Assembly (NCBI GenBank): GCA_963678065.2
Contig: CAXXVZ010000003.1
Coordinates: forward strand, 896,001-960,000
Direction: 5' to 3'
Length of the DNA stretch: 64,000 nucleotides
Source: Treponemataceae bacterium
GTDB taxonomy: Bacteria; Spirochaetota; Spirochaetia; Treponematales; Rectinemataceae
Every line of letters begins with the position of its first letter. The first letter of the stretch is position 1. The position numbers and the translations under genes are program-made. This document shows positions 20,244 to 29,025 of this stretch, one piece after another. The notes beneath the pieces were generated by a model. The model was not told the DNA's origin. It saw nothing but the letters and a program-made list of their open reading frames with translations, and searched no databases.

Positions 20244-21692
20244 TTACGCTTCCTGGTCGTCCTCGTACTCGAAACTGAGCTCGACGCCGCACTTCGGACA
20301 ATGCAGCATATCCGGCGACACATGCTCGCCGCAATCAGGGCACACATACTCATCATCGGAGTGGGCTTCCGCAGCCTCCCCTCCTGTCTCTTCCTCGACG
20401 ACCTCGACATTCTCGGCCACAAGCGTCTTGAGGGCCTCGATCTCTTTCAGGGAAAGTCCATCGATGTTTTCGAGCCTCTCGTCGTCCAGGTTGCAGAAGT
20501 CTTCTATGAGATCGATGCCTTCGTCGTGGAGTATCTCCACCCAGGCTGGATTGACTCCGGGAAGATCGGAAATCCGGTACATTTCCTCGGCGACCGGCTG
20601 GTTGTCGCCGAACAGTTCGGAGACGGCGCGCTTCGCCTCGCTGGAGAGATCCACTTCCTGGAACTGCTCTTCGGTCTTGACATCGATATTCCAGTCACAG
20701 AGCCGGTTGGCGAGCCTGACGTTGAGACCCTGTTTTCCGATCGCGATGGAGAGCTGGTTTTCCGCGACGACGGCGAGCGCCATGTGCTTGGCTGCGTCGA
20801 GGATGTAAACTTCCCTGATTTCAGCGGGCGACAGGGCGTTTCTGATGAATTTCTTGGGGTCGACCTCGTACTTGAGGATGTCGACTTTCTCGCCTTCCAG
20901 CTCGCGGATGATGGATTGGATGCGAATACCCTTGAGTCCGACGCAGGCGCCGACCGGGTCGACATCCTCGCGCCGGGAAAAAACGGCTATCTTGGTGCGG
21001 AATCCTGCTTCGCGGACGATCTTGAAGACTTCCACGGTCTTGTCGTAGATCTCGGGGACCTCGAGTTCGAGGATTTTTCGCACGAACTCGGTGTGAGTCC
21101 GCGAGAGGATTATCATGGGCCCCGTCCTCCCCTTCTCTACCTCGACGATCATCGCCTTGATGCGATCGTTGGGATGGTAGGTCTCGCGGGGTGACTGGTT
21201 TTTCTTGGGGAAAATTCCTTCGATCTTGCCGAGATCGACGTAGATGACGCCGTTGCGCTCGCGCTGATAGTAGCCGATTATGATCTCGCCGACCTTGGAC
21301 TTGTATTCGGCGTACTGAGTGTCCCGCGAAATCTCGCGGAGGGACTGCCGCGTAGTCTGCTTTGCAAGCATGACGGACTGGAGGTCGAATTCCTTCGGAT
21401 CGACGGGCAGCTCCAGGATGTCGCCTATCTCTGCTTCCGCACTGTACTCGCGGGCTTCTTCGATGGATATCTCGAGAACGGGGTCGTCCAGCTCTTCCAC
21501 TATGGTTTTCTTGGCGAAGATATCGACTCCCTCAAAATTATCCCTGAAGCGGACGACAGCGTTCTCGTTGGTGCCATATTTCTTCTTGTAAGCAGCGAGG
21601 AGCGCATCCTGGAGGGTCTTGATGATGAGATCCTCCGAAATGCCCTTTTCGCTGATGAGCTGCCTGACAGCCTCTGCCATTTCTGAAGCCAT
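20244..21692 (-). CDS. nusA: Transcription termination/antitermination factor NusA with C-terminal zinc ribbon
   Basis: ILSRTH, REAGFRTKIAV, GACVG and AIGKQGLNVRLA motifs; tail CPDC...CPKC. Confidence 0.97.
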   Translation of the reverse strand: MASEMAEAVRQLISEKGISEDLIIKTLQDALLAAYKKKYGTNENAVVRFRDNFEGVDIFAKKTIVEELDDPVLEISIEEAREYSAEAEIGDILELPVDPKEFDLQSVMLAKQTTRQSLREISRDTQYAEYKSKVGEIIIGYYQRERNGVIYVDLGKIEGIFPKKNQSPRETYHPNDRIKAMIVEVEKGRTGPMIILSRTHTEFVRKILELEVPEIYDKTVEVFKIVREAGFRTKIAVFSRREDVDPVGACVGLKGIRIQSIIRELEGEKVDILKYEVDPKKFIRNALSPAEIREVYILDAAKHMALAVVAENQLSIAIGKQGLNVRLANRLCDWNIDVKTEEQFQEVDLSSEAKRAVSELFGDNQPVAEEMYRISDLPGVNPAWVEILHDEGIDLIEDFCNLDDERLENIDGLSLKEIEALKTLVAENVEVVEEETGGEAAEAHSDDEYVCPDCGEHVSPDMLHCPKCGVELSFEYEDDQEA

Positions 21693-21695
21693 GTA

Positions 21696-22157
21696 CTAGT
21701 CTCCCTCCCGGGAAGAGTCCAGACGGGCCTTCGCGATCCGGGCGAGCTCGACGACGAACTCCGAGCCGGCATTCGCGAGGGTCACCCGGTCACCCTCCAC
21801 GGATACAATTTTTCCGTGTATCCATTCGCCGCCTTCCCTGTCAAGAATGCGGACCGTCTTTCCCTTGAATATTTCCCACTCGCGTCTGGTTTTGAGAGTC
21901 CGGTCGATCCCCGGGCTCGCCACCTCGATGAAGGGTTCCTGCACTCCGAGGACGACCTGGAGCCTCGGATACATGAGGCGGTGCGCCGTCACACACTGGT
22001 CTGTGCCCGTTCCGGCCGGTGAATAGATCACAGCCCTCACGTGCGTTTCCTTTCCCCGCCGGGAAAGCGTAAGCTCCAGAAGATCGAGCCCCACGCCGGC
22101 AAGGAGCGGTTCAATTTCGGAAAACAGTTTTTCCTGTTCCTGCATACTCTCTGTCAT
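21696..22157 (-). CDS. rimP: Ribosome maturation factor RimP
   Basis: IEVASPGIDRTL and IAKARL motifs; first gene of the nusA-infB operon. Confidence 0.93.
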   Translation of the reverse strand: MTESMQEQEKLFSEIEPLLAGVGLDLLELTLSRRGKETHVRAVIYSPAGTGTDQCVTAHRLMYPRLQVVLGVQEPFIEVASPGIDRTLKTRREWEIFKGKTVRILDREGGEWIHGKIVSVEGDRVTLANAGSEFVVELARIAKARLDSSREGD

Positions 22158-22196
22158 TCAGTCCTGTTCCTTCCGCACTCGGGCAGAAGGGCTGTA

Positions 22197-22228
22197 AATA
22201 AAAAAAAGAGTCGACCAGCGACTCTTCT
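22197..22228 (-). promoter_or_regulatory. rimP-leader terminator/attenuator hairpin
   Basis: Minus strand AAGAGTCG-CTGGT-CGACTCTT followed by a T run, between the promoter and the rimP start. Confidence 0.75.
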
Positions 22229-22273
22229 TATCACTAAGGAGAATCCGTTTCCGTGTTTTTACATGATGGCGAT

Positions 22274-22302
22274 ATAGTAACCGTTTTGCATGATCACGTC
22301 AA
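22274..22302 (-). promoter_or_regulatory. sigma70 promoter of the rimP-nusA-infB operon
   Basis: Minus strand TTGACG-N17-TACTAT. Confidence 0.75.
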
Positions 22303-22356
22303 TACATAGTGATATCCCGAGCCTTTCGCGAGGCTCGCGTGCGCAGTCCGATACGA

Positions 22357-23148
22357 TCAATCCGCCGCCAGGACCAGGGCGTGGACGCTGATCGAGCCGG
22401 AGGCCTTGAGGAGAGCCGCGCAGGTTTCCACTGTCGCCCCCGTCGTGAACACATCATCGACGATGACAGCGGACAGGGGGACGGGATGCTGCGTTTTTAC
22501 ATGGTAGGCCAAGCGAGAATTGAGTTCGCGATCCTGCCTCCCGAGCCTTTTCTGCTGCGCGGAGGCCGTCCGGCAGAGGCAGCGGGAAACCGGAACGTCA
22601 GAACGGGAGAGTCGGGAAATGATGGCCTCCACCTGATCCCAGTCCCTTCCTCCTGCCTTTTCCGGTCTCGGAGGCACTGGAACGACTATCGCGTCCGGCC
22701 AACGCGATTTCAGCTCTCCCGCAAGGACGGCGGCGAACCAGGGAGCGAGAGATTTCCGCTTTCCTGTTTTGTAAGCCCCGACGAGGGCGGCTGCGGCTCC
22801 GGAATACCTGAAAATCGGGATGACAGAATCGACGCTGTGGGAGCGGCCCCGACAGCGCATGCAGAGGCCCTGTTCGGAAATCAGTGTCTTCCCGCACTGA
22901 GCGCAGCGAGGCTCCCCGAGAGGTCGCAGTCTGTGCAGGCAAGGTGGACAGATGGGGAAATTGCGGGGAATGATCCCCTCCCCCGTCAGTGGAACAGGCA
23001 GCGCGGCTCCCCCGACTGGTTCAGACGACCCGGACCCGCCGCTCCTGATTCCGGGCAGCCATGTCCGCATCGGAGTGCCGCAGAGCACGCAGTACTGGGG
23101 AAACACATCTTCGAGGAAACTCAGCGCGGGGCGGAAAAGGAAATCCAT
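22357..23148 (-). CDS. comF: ComF family protein (double zinc ribbon plus phosphoribosyltransferase domain)
   Basis: Four CxxC pairs, VPVP and IVDDVFTTGAT motifs. Confidence 0.92.
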   Translation of the reverse strand: MDFLFRPALSFLEDVFPQYCVLCGTPMRTWLPGIRSGGSGSSEPVGGAALPVPLTGEGIIPRNFPICPPCLHRLRPLGEPRCAQCGKTLISEQGLCMRCRGRSHSVDSVIPIFRYSGAAAALVGAYKTGKRKSLAPWFAAVLAGELKSRWPDAIVVPVPPRPEKAGGRDWDQVEAIISRLSRSDVPVSRCLCRTASAQQKRLGRQDRELNSRLAYHVKTQHPVPLSAVIVDDVFTTGATVETCAALLKASGSISVHALVLAAD

Positions 23149-23171
23149 ACCTTTTCGTCGTGCGGCGAGCC

Positions 23172-25895
23172 TCAGCGCGATTGAAGCCTTTCACGGAATT
23201 CCGAAAGTTTGACAAGGGCCTTGAGGGGTGTCATGGACTCGATATCGAGTCCCGTCAACTCGGCCAGGACAAGGTCCCCGGCAGAAAAGAGGTCGCTCTG
23301 CGCATCGTGGACCAGCCGTACGGAATGTTCTGACAGCTCATGGCGTGACTTTCCGGTCCGCGAGGGCTCGGGTACCGCAACAAAGCGCTCCGTCCCCACG
23401 AGGCGTGATTGCTTTTCCTGCACGGCTTCGCCTTCCGTTTCGCCGCGCTCCGGATGACTCGGAAGGGACTGTTCTGCCTTCTCGAGCTGCGCCTGAATTG
23501 CCTTCGCCCGCTTCACCACATCTGAGGGCATGCCCGCGAGCCGGGCGACATGGAGCCCGAAGGAGCCCGTTGCGGGTTTCGCCTCGATGCGCTTCAGAAA
23601 GACGATATCGCCTTCCTCTTCGAGGACAGAGGGGCTCAGGTTGAAGAGCCGCGGGTGGACGAGGGCGGTCAGCTCGTGGTAGTGGGTGGCGAAGAGAGTG
23701 CGGCAGCGGATGGAATCGAGGAGTCGCTCGCTCACCGCCCAGGCGATGGCGAGTCCGTCCACCGTGCTCGTCCCCCTGCCCACCTCGTCCATGATAACGA
23801 GGCTGTCCGCCGTAGCGGTGTTGAGTATGTGCGCAGTCTCGTGCATCTCGACGAGGAATGTGCTCTCGCCCCGCGCGAGGTTGTCCTGAGCTCCGACACG
23901 GCAGAATATCTTGTCCACGACGCCGATTTCCGCCTCCTCGGCGGGAACGAAGGAGCCGCACTGGGCCATGAGGACGATGAGGGCTGTCTGTCGGAGAAAG
24001 GTGGATTTTCCGGCCATGTTGGGGCCCGTTATGAGGGCGAAGGAAGCGCCGCCAGCGTCGATATCGAGCCCGTTCGGCACGAACGCGGATTCTCCGAGCC
24101 ATGCTTCCACGACGGGGTGCCGACCCTCCCGGATGTGGATGGCCTTCCCCTCTGTGAGGTGGGGCCGCGAGTAGCCTCGGGCCGTCGCCACCCAGGCGAA
24201 GGCGGCGATGCAATCCTGGACGGCCGCGAGTCGACCCATCGAGAGAAGCTCGGGGACGACAAGCTTCACCTGTTCGCGCAGCGCAAGGAAGAGGCTCTTT
24301 TCGAGTTCGGTGATGCGCTCCGTCGCTCCATTGATCTCGCTCTCGAGTTCGGAAAGGCGGGCCGTCGTGTACCGCTCTCCCGTCACGAGGGATTGCCTTC
24401 GGATGAAGTGGGAGGGAACCGATTCCAGTTTCCCCTTGGAGACTTCGAGGTAATATCCGATTATGCGGTTGTATCGCACTCTGAGATTGGGAATGCCCGA
24501 AGTCGAGCGCTCCTCTTCGAGATAGGAGTCGAGGACAGTCGCCGAATCCTGCTTGATCGCCCGCAGTTCGTCGAGCTGGGTATTGTATCCTGAGCGGATG
24601 AGGTTGCCCTCGGTGATGAGGATGGAGGGATCTTCCTTGATGGCGGAATCGATCAGCCCGGCAATTTTTGAGGCCGAACCTGAGGCCGAATCCCCGCCAT
24701 CTCCTCCCAGAATTCCGGGTGCCCCCGCGCCCGCGAGGAGGGATCTGGCCTTGAGGCAGGCGCGGACGGAATCGCGGATCGCGAGAAGGTCTCTCGCGTG
24801 CGCCTTGTCCATGGCTGTCCGCGAGGCGAGTCTCTCGATGTCGAGGACGCGGCCGAGACTCTCCCGCAAGGCGTTGAGGAGGGACTGGTCGCGGTAGAGA
24901 AACTCGACGGCATCCAGCCGCTCGCTCGCGGCCGAGCAGGAAGCCAGAGGCTGGAGGAGCCACTGTCTGAGGAGGCGGGCCCCCGGAGCAGACTTGGTCG
25001 CATCGAGGACTCCGAGGAGGCTGCGGTTTTTCCCGGAATCCGAAAGGTTGCGCAGTATCTCGAGATTTTTGCCGGAGCCCTCGTCGATGCCCACGAATTC
25101 CCCCTCGTCGTGGGGCAGGAGGGCGGAAATCTGGGGTGAGGTGGTCTTCACGGTCTCGTCGACATAGCGCAGGAGGAAGGCGGCGGCGGCGAGCTCCGGC
25201 TCCTCGCCCGAGAAGCCGAGGCCCTTGAGGGAGGCAAGCCCGAATCTCCTGCAGAGATCTTTGGCGGCCATCGAGGCGTCGAAGCTCCAGTCGGGATATT
25301 TGCCGACCATGAGCCCCTCCACCCCCGCGACGACCTGGGCCAACTCCGGCGATTCGAGGAGGGATTGCTGGATGAGGAGTTCCCGCGGCATGAGGCGCGA
25401 GAGTTCGGCCGCGAGAAATCCGGGAGCGGCGCGGGCTCCGGGATCGGGCCTTGACAGGGCCCTGAAGTCTCCCGTAGAGACATCCAGCCAGGAGATGCAG
25501 ATCTTCTCTTCCAGTCTGCAGACGGCGACGATGTAGTTGTTGGCCGCCTGGTCGAGGAAGTCTTCCTCGACGGTGGTGCCGGGGGTGACGACTTCGACGA
25601 CATCGCGCCTGACTATTCCCTTCACGCTTCCCGGCACGTCGAGCTGCTCGCAGATGGCGACCTTCTTTCCGTGCTTAAGGAGGCGGGCGATGTAGGGCTT
25701 CGCGGCGTGGTATGGAATGCCGCACATCGGTTCACCCTGTCTGTGCGTCAGGGTGAGGTCGAGAAGGGCCGAGACCTCGAGGGCATCCTCGAAGAACATT
25801 TCATAAAAATCCCCGAGCCTGAAAAAGAGGACGGCGTCCCGGTAGCGCGCCTTCACTCCCTTATACTGCTCCATCATCGGAGATTTTTCTGTCAT
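23172..25895 (-). CDS. mutS: DNA mismatch repair protein MutS
   Basis: SPMMEQY, FFRLGDFYEMF, TGPNMAGKST, DEVGRGTS and FATHYHEL motifs. Start MTEKS overlaps the skp stop. Confidence 0.97.
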   Translation of the reverse strand: MTEKSPMMEQYKGVKARYRDAVLFFRLGDFYEMFFEDALEVSALLDLTLTHRQGEPMCGIPYHAAKPYIARLLKHGKKVAICEQLDVPGSVKGIVRRDVVEVVTPGTTVEEDFLDQAANNYIVAVCRLEEKICISWLDVSTGDFRALSRPDPGARAAPGFLAAELSRLMPRELLIQQSLLESPELAQVVAGVEGLMVGKYPDWSFDASMAAKDLCRRFGLASLKGLGFSGEEPELAAAAFLLRYVDETVKTTSPQISALLPHDEGEFVGIDEGSGKNLEILRNLSDSGKNRSLLGVLDATKSAPGARLLRQWLLQPLASCSAASERLDAVEFLYRDQSLLNALRESLGRVLDIERLASRTAMDKAHARDLLAIRDSVRACLKARSLLAGAGAPGILGGDGGDSASGSASKIAGLIDSAIKEDPSILITEGNLIRSGYNTQLDELRAIKQDSATVLDSYLEEERSTSGIPNLRVRYNRIIGYYLEVSKGKLESVPSHFIRRQSLVTGERYTTARLSELESEINGATERITELEKSLFLALREQVKLVVPELLSMGRLAAVQDCIAAFAWVATARGYSRPHLTEGKAIHIREGRHPVVEAWLGESAFVPNGLDIDAGGASFALITGPNMAGKSTFLRQTALIVLMAQCGSFVPAEEAEIGVVDKIFCRVGAQDNLARGESTFLVEMHETAHILNTATADSLVIMDEVGRGTSTVDGLAIAWAVSERLLDSIRCRTLFATHYHELTALVHPRLFNLSPSVLEEEGDIVFLKRIEAKPATGSFGLHVARLAGMPSDVVKRAKAIQAQLEKAEQSLPSHPERGETEGEAVQEKQSRLVGTERFVAVPEPSRTGKSRHELSEHSVRLVHDAQSDLFSAGDLVLAELTGLDIESMTPLKALVKLSEFRERLQSR

Positions 25896-26452
25896 TGAGT
25901 CTTGCCGGATAGAGATTTCAGGACCATGTCCGTGATGTCGATGGAGGGACTGTACCAAAGCACGGGGCTCGCCGAGGAGTCCCCACCCCGCAACGAGAGG
26001 ACGATCGAGTACCCATCGGCCTCCGCCGAGGCCTGTATCTGTCGGTTGACTTGCTGGACATAGATCGGAGAAGGAGGCATTTTCCGGGCGAGGTCCTCGA
26101 GTAAGGGCTGCTTCAGCTTGATGTAGTCGCGCAGCTCGTCCATTTTCGCGGCGATTTCGGCATCCATCTGAGCAGAAACGGTCTGGTTTCCCTCACGGTC
26201 CGCGTCGGCCTTCCGCGCCTGCAGACTGCGGATGACATCGCTCATCCTGTCGATCTCGGCCTGGACCTCGGATTTTTTCTGGTCGAAATCGCGGAGGGCG
26301 GCCGGGTCCCGGGGGAGTGTGGCGAGTATGCGCGACAGATCGACCACGGCGATGCGGGTCAACTGCTGAGCGAAGGCCGTGCCCGTGCCCAGGGCGAAAA
26401 GGGCAGCAAGCACGGCGACACGAAAGAGGCGATGTATCCGGTTCATCGTCAT
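25892..26452 (-). CDS. skp: OmpH/Skp periplasmic chaperone
   Basis: Signal peptide, RIAVVDL, coiled coil, GYSIVL and DITDMVL; directly downstream of bamA. Confidence 0.88.
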   Translation of the reverse strand: MTMNRIHRLFRVAVLAALFALGTGTAFAQQLTRIAVVDLSRILATLPRDPAALRDFDQKKSEVQAEIDRMSDVIRSLQARKADADREGNQTVSAQMDAEIAAKMDELRDYIKLKQPLLEDLARKMPPSPIYVQQVNRQIQASAEADGYSIVLSLRGGDSSASPVLWYSPSIDITDMVLKSLSGKTQ

Positions 26453-26492
26453 GCGTCTCCTTCCCTGATCTCCCGGGACCATGCCCGGGAGT

Positions 26493-29009
26493 TTACAGCG
26501 GCTGTGTGATGCTCAGGACGAACTCGAGCCCAGTTCCCGAAGTCTTCCATGTGACCGCGCTGCCGTCGAAGGTGAAGCGTTTCAGGAAGTAGAAGCGGAA
26601 CGGAAACTGCGAGATCGCGAACCTGAAGCCGAATCCCGTGCTGAAGGCCATATTGTCCCAGCCGAGATCCGCGAAAGTCGGCTTCGTCGGATCGGCGGCG
26701 GGCGCAGTGCCCGTCATGTCCATGAGTCCCTTCGTGGACTGCATCGCGGCCGCATCGAGGAAGCCATCGAGCCAGAGAACCTGGTCGATGAGTGGCATGC
26801 GCAGTTCGATGGAGTTTTCCCAGAATGCCACGCCACTCTGACCGTAGAGGCTCTTCCAGCCGCGGGCGTTGAAGGTTCCGTCGAGACTGATGTAGCTGTC
26901 GACGACGCTCAAGGCCGTGCCGGGCTGGGCGAAGAGTGCCTGGAAGCCGGAGTGGACGCCGAGAACCCACTTGAAGCGCCAGGCATCGGTGATGGGGATG
27001 TTGAAGATGGTCGCGTAGGCTTCGAGCTTGGTCTCTGACTTGATGAAGTGCTGGTACTCGAAGGGGAAGAAGCCGTTCCAGGTCAGGCGCTCTCCTGCGA
27101 AGAATCCCGAGGAGGGGTTGTACCAGAGGTCGAGGTTGTTGAGGTAGACCCGGGTCGTGAACTTGTTGTCTATGAGCCACTGCCCGACGTACTGCCGCAT
27201 GGACTTGAGGTAGGGTCTGTACTTGTCGGAATCGTAGTCCCAGCGGGTCACGCCGAAGGAGAGGCCCGCGTTGAGGCCGACATCACCCGCCGGCGTGTGG
27301 AACGAGTAGCCGGAAGAGGCGCCGATGCTCGACGACCAGTCCTCGTAGGGCATGAGATACTCGTCGGGGATGGAGGAGAGGGAGCCATCCCAGGGATTCG
27401 TTCCGGTATTGATGCCGTTGAAGGGATCGGGAATGTCTTCATCGGTATAGATCGGATCGAGACTGTCCTGTCCTGTGGTCTTGGACGCGTGGGAGAAGGA
27501 AAGGTCGATGCTGTACGATATCCTCTTGCCGAAGAGCCAGTTCTCGCCGTAGCCGAAAACGAGGCTCTGTGTGTCGGGGGAGCCGGTACCTTCGATCTTG
27601 AGAGTCCTGCCCATGCCAAGGAAGTTGCGGTCGTTCCACTTCACCTGGCCCGAAATCGGGAAGGTGTTGGGGTCGCCGAACCCGCTCAGGGTCACGCCGA
27701 ACTGGATGTTGGCCGTGCTCTGCTCCTCGACGGCTATGGAGAGATCCATGAGATTCTCCGCCGAGCCCTGCTGCATGTCGGGCTGGACAGCCGAGAAGTA
27801 CTGGAGATTGTAGAGATTGCGCAGGCCCTCGACGATTTTAGCCTTGGAGAAGATGTCGCCGACCTCGAGAGGCATCTCGCGCGAAAGGACGAAATCCTTG
27901 GTCTTCGTGTTGCCCTTGAAGCTGATGGTCGCGATGTGGGCGCGGTCGCGCTCGACGATCTTGATCTCGTAGGCTATCGACACGGAGGCGGGGTCCCTCT
28001 TCTCGACCATGTCGATCGTGTTGAAGATGTAGCCCGACTCGTAGTACAGGTCGTCGATCCTCTGTTTGTCCTGGTTGAGCTTGCGCTCGCTGAGGAGGGC
28101 TCCGGTCTTCTGGTAGACTTGCGCGGAGAGCTTCGCGGTGGAGAACACCTTGTTCCCGGTGAACGTGATTCCGCCGAAGGTCCACTGCTTGCCTTCCGAC
28201 AGGGCGAAGGTGAGGACAAGCCAGGTCTTTCCGCTCTTCGCGTCCTTGTCGTAAGTCCTGATGACATCGAGTATGCGGGCGTCGATGTATCCCTTGTTCC
28301 TGTAATAGCTCAGTATGGCCTGCTTGCTCGACTCCAGCTGGGACTCCTGGAAGATACCGCTCTGGAAGAGGGCGGCCTCCTTCAGCTCCATCTGGCCTTT
28401 GAGGATATTGGCGGATACGGCCGAGTTGCCTGTAAACCTGAGTTCGCGGACGGCGACTTTGGACCCTTCGGTGATCTTGAACGAGAGGACAATCTTGCCC
28501 GCATCGTTCCCCGGGCTGGATGACCAGGACAGGGCCGCGTCGGGATAGCCTTTTTCAGCGTAGAGTTTGCGCAGGGCGGCGAGATCAGAGGCGGCCTTGT
28601 CGGCGTTGAAGATTGTCCCTTCCTTGGAAACGATGACTCCGAGGAGCTCGTTGGTCCGCAAGCCCTCGTTGCCGGCGAAGCGGACGGCCTCGACAGAAGG
28701 TTTTTCCGTCACGGTGAACTTGATGACGACGCGGGTTTTGGTCTCGTTGGCGGGGAGGGCCACCGGTTCGATAGTCTCGAACCAGTCGAGTCCGTAGACG
28801 GCAGCCTGTATCTCCAGCCAGTTCTCTTCAGTGAAAGTCTTCCCGACATAGGGTCGGGTCACCGCGTCGAGTTCCTTGCGTGGCGCCTGCTTGAGACCTT
28901 CCCACTGGACCGATTCTATGGGTTTGTTCCAGAACCAGTCGTCGGCGGTCTGCGCGCCGAGGACGGCAGCCGACAGGGCCAGGACAAGGAGGGCGATGCT
29001 GTGCTTCAT
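26493..29009 (-). CDS. bamA: Outer membrane protein assembly factor BamA
   Basis: POTRA motifs (YAEKGY, YRNKGY, GNTKTKDFVLSRE, NLQYFS), RNFLGMG barrel start, ARGW loop and GFGFRF. Confidence 0.95.
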   Translation of the reverse strand: MKHSIALLVLALSAAVLGAQTADDWFWNKPIESVQWEGLKQAPRKELDAVTRPYVGKTFTEENWLEIQAAVYGLDWFETIEPVALPANETKTRVVIKFTVTEKPSVEAVRFAGNEGLRTNELLGVIVSKEGTIFNADKAASDLAALRKLYAEKGYPDAALSWSSSPGNDAGKIVLSFKITEGSKVAVRELRFTGNSAVSANILKGQMELKEAALFQSGIFQESQLESSKQAILSYYRNKGYIDARILDVIRTYDKDAKSGKTWLVLTFALSEGKQWTFGGITFTGNKVFSTAKLSAQVYQKTGALLSERKLNQDKQRIDDLYYESGYIFNTIDMVEKRDPASVSIAYEIKIVERDRAHIATISFKGNTKTKDFVLSREMPLEVGDIFSKAKIVEGLRNLYNLQYFSAVQPDMQQGSAENLMDLSIAVEEQSTANIQFGVTLSGFGDPNTFPISGQVKWNDRNFLGMGRTLKIEGTGSPDTQSLVFGYGENWLFGKRISYSIDLSFSHASKTTGQDSLDPIYTDEDIPDPFNGINTGTNPWDGSLSSIPDEYLMPYEDWSSSIGASSGYSFHTPAGDVGLNAGLSFGVTRWDYDSDKYRPYLKSMRQYVGQWLIDNKFTTRVYLNNLDLWYNPSSGFFAGERLTWNGFFPFEYQHFIKSETKLEAYATIFNIPITDAWRFKWVLGVHSGFQALFAQPGTALSVVDSYISLDGTFNARGWKSLYGQSGVAFWENSIELRMPLIDQVLWLDGFLDAAAMQSTKGLMDMTGTAPAADPTKPTFADLGWDNMAFSTGFGFRFAISQFPFRFYFLKRFTFDGSAVTWKTSGTGLEFVLSITQPL

Positions 29010-29025
29010 GGTGCTCCTCACGGAT

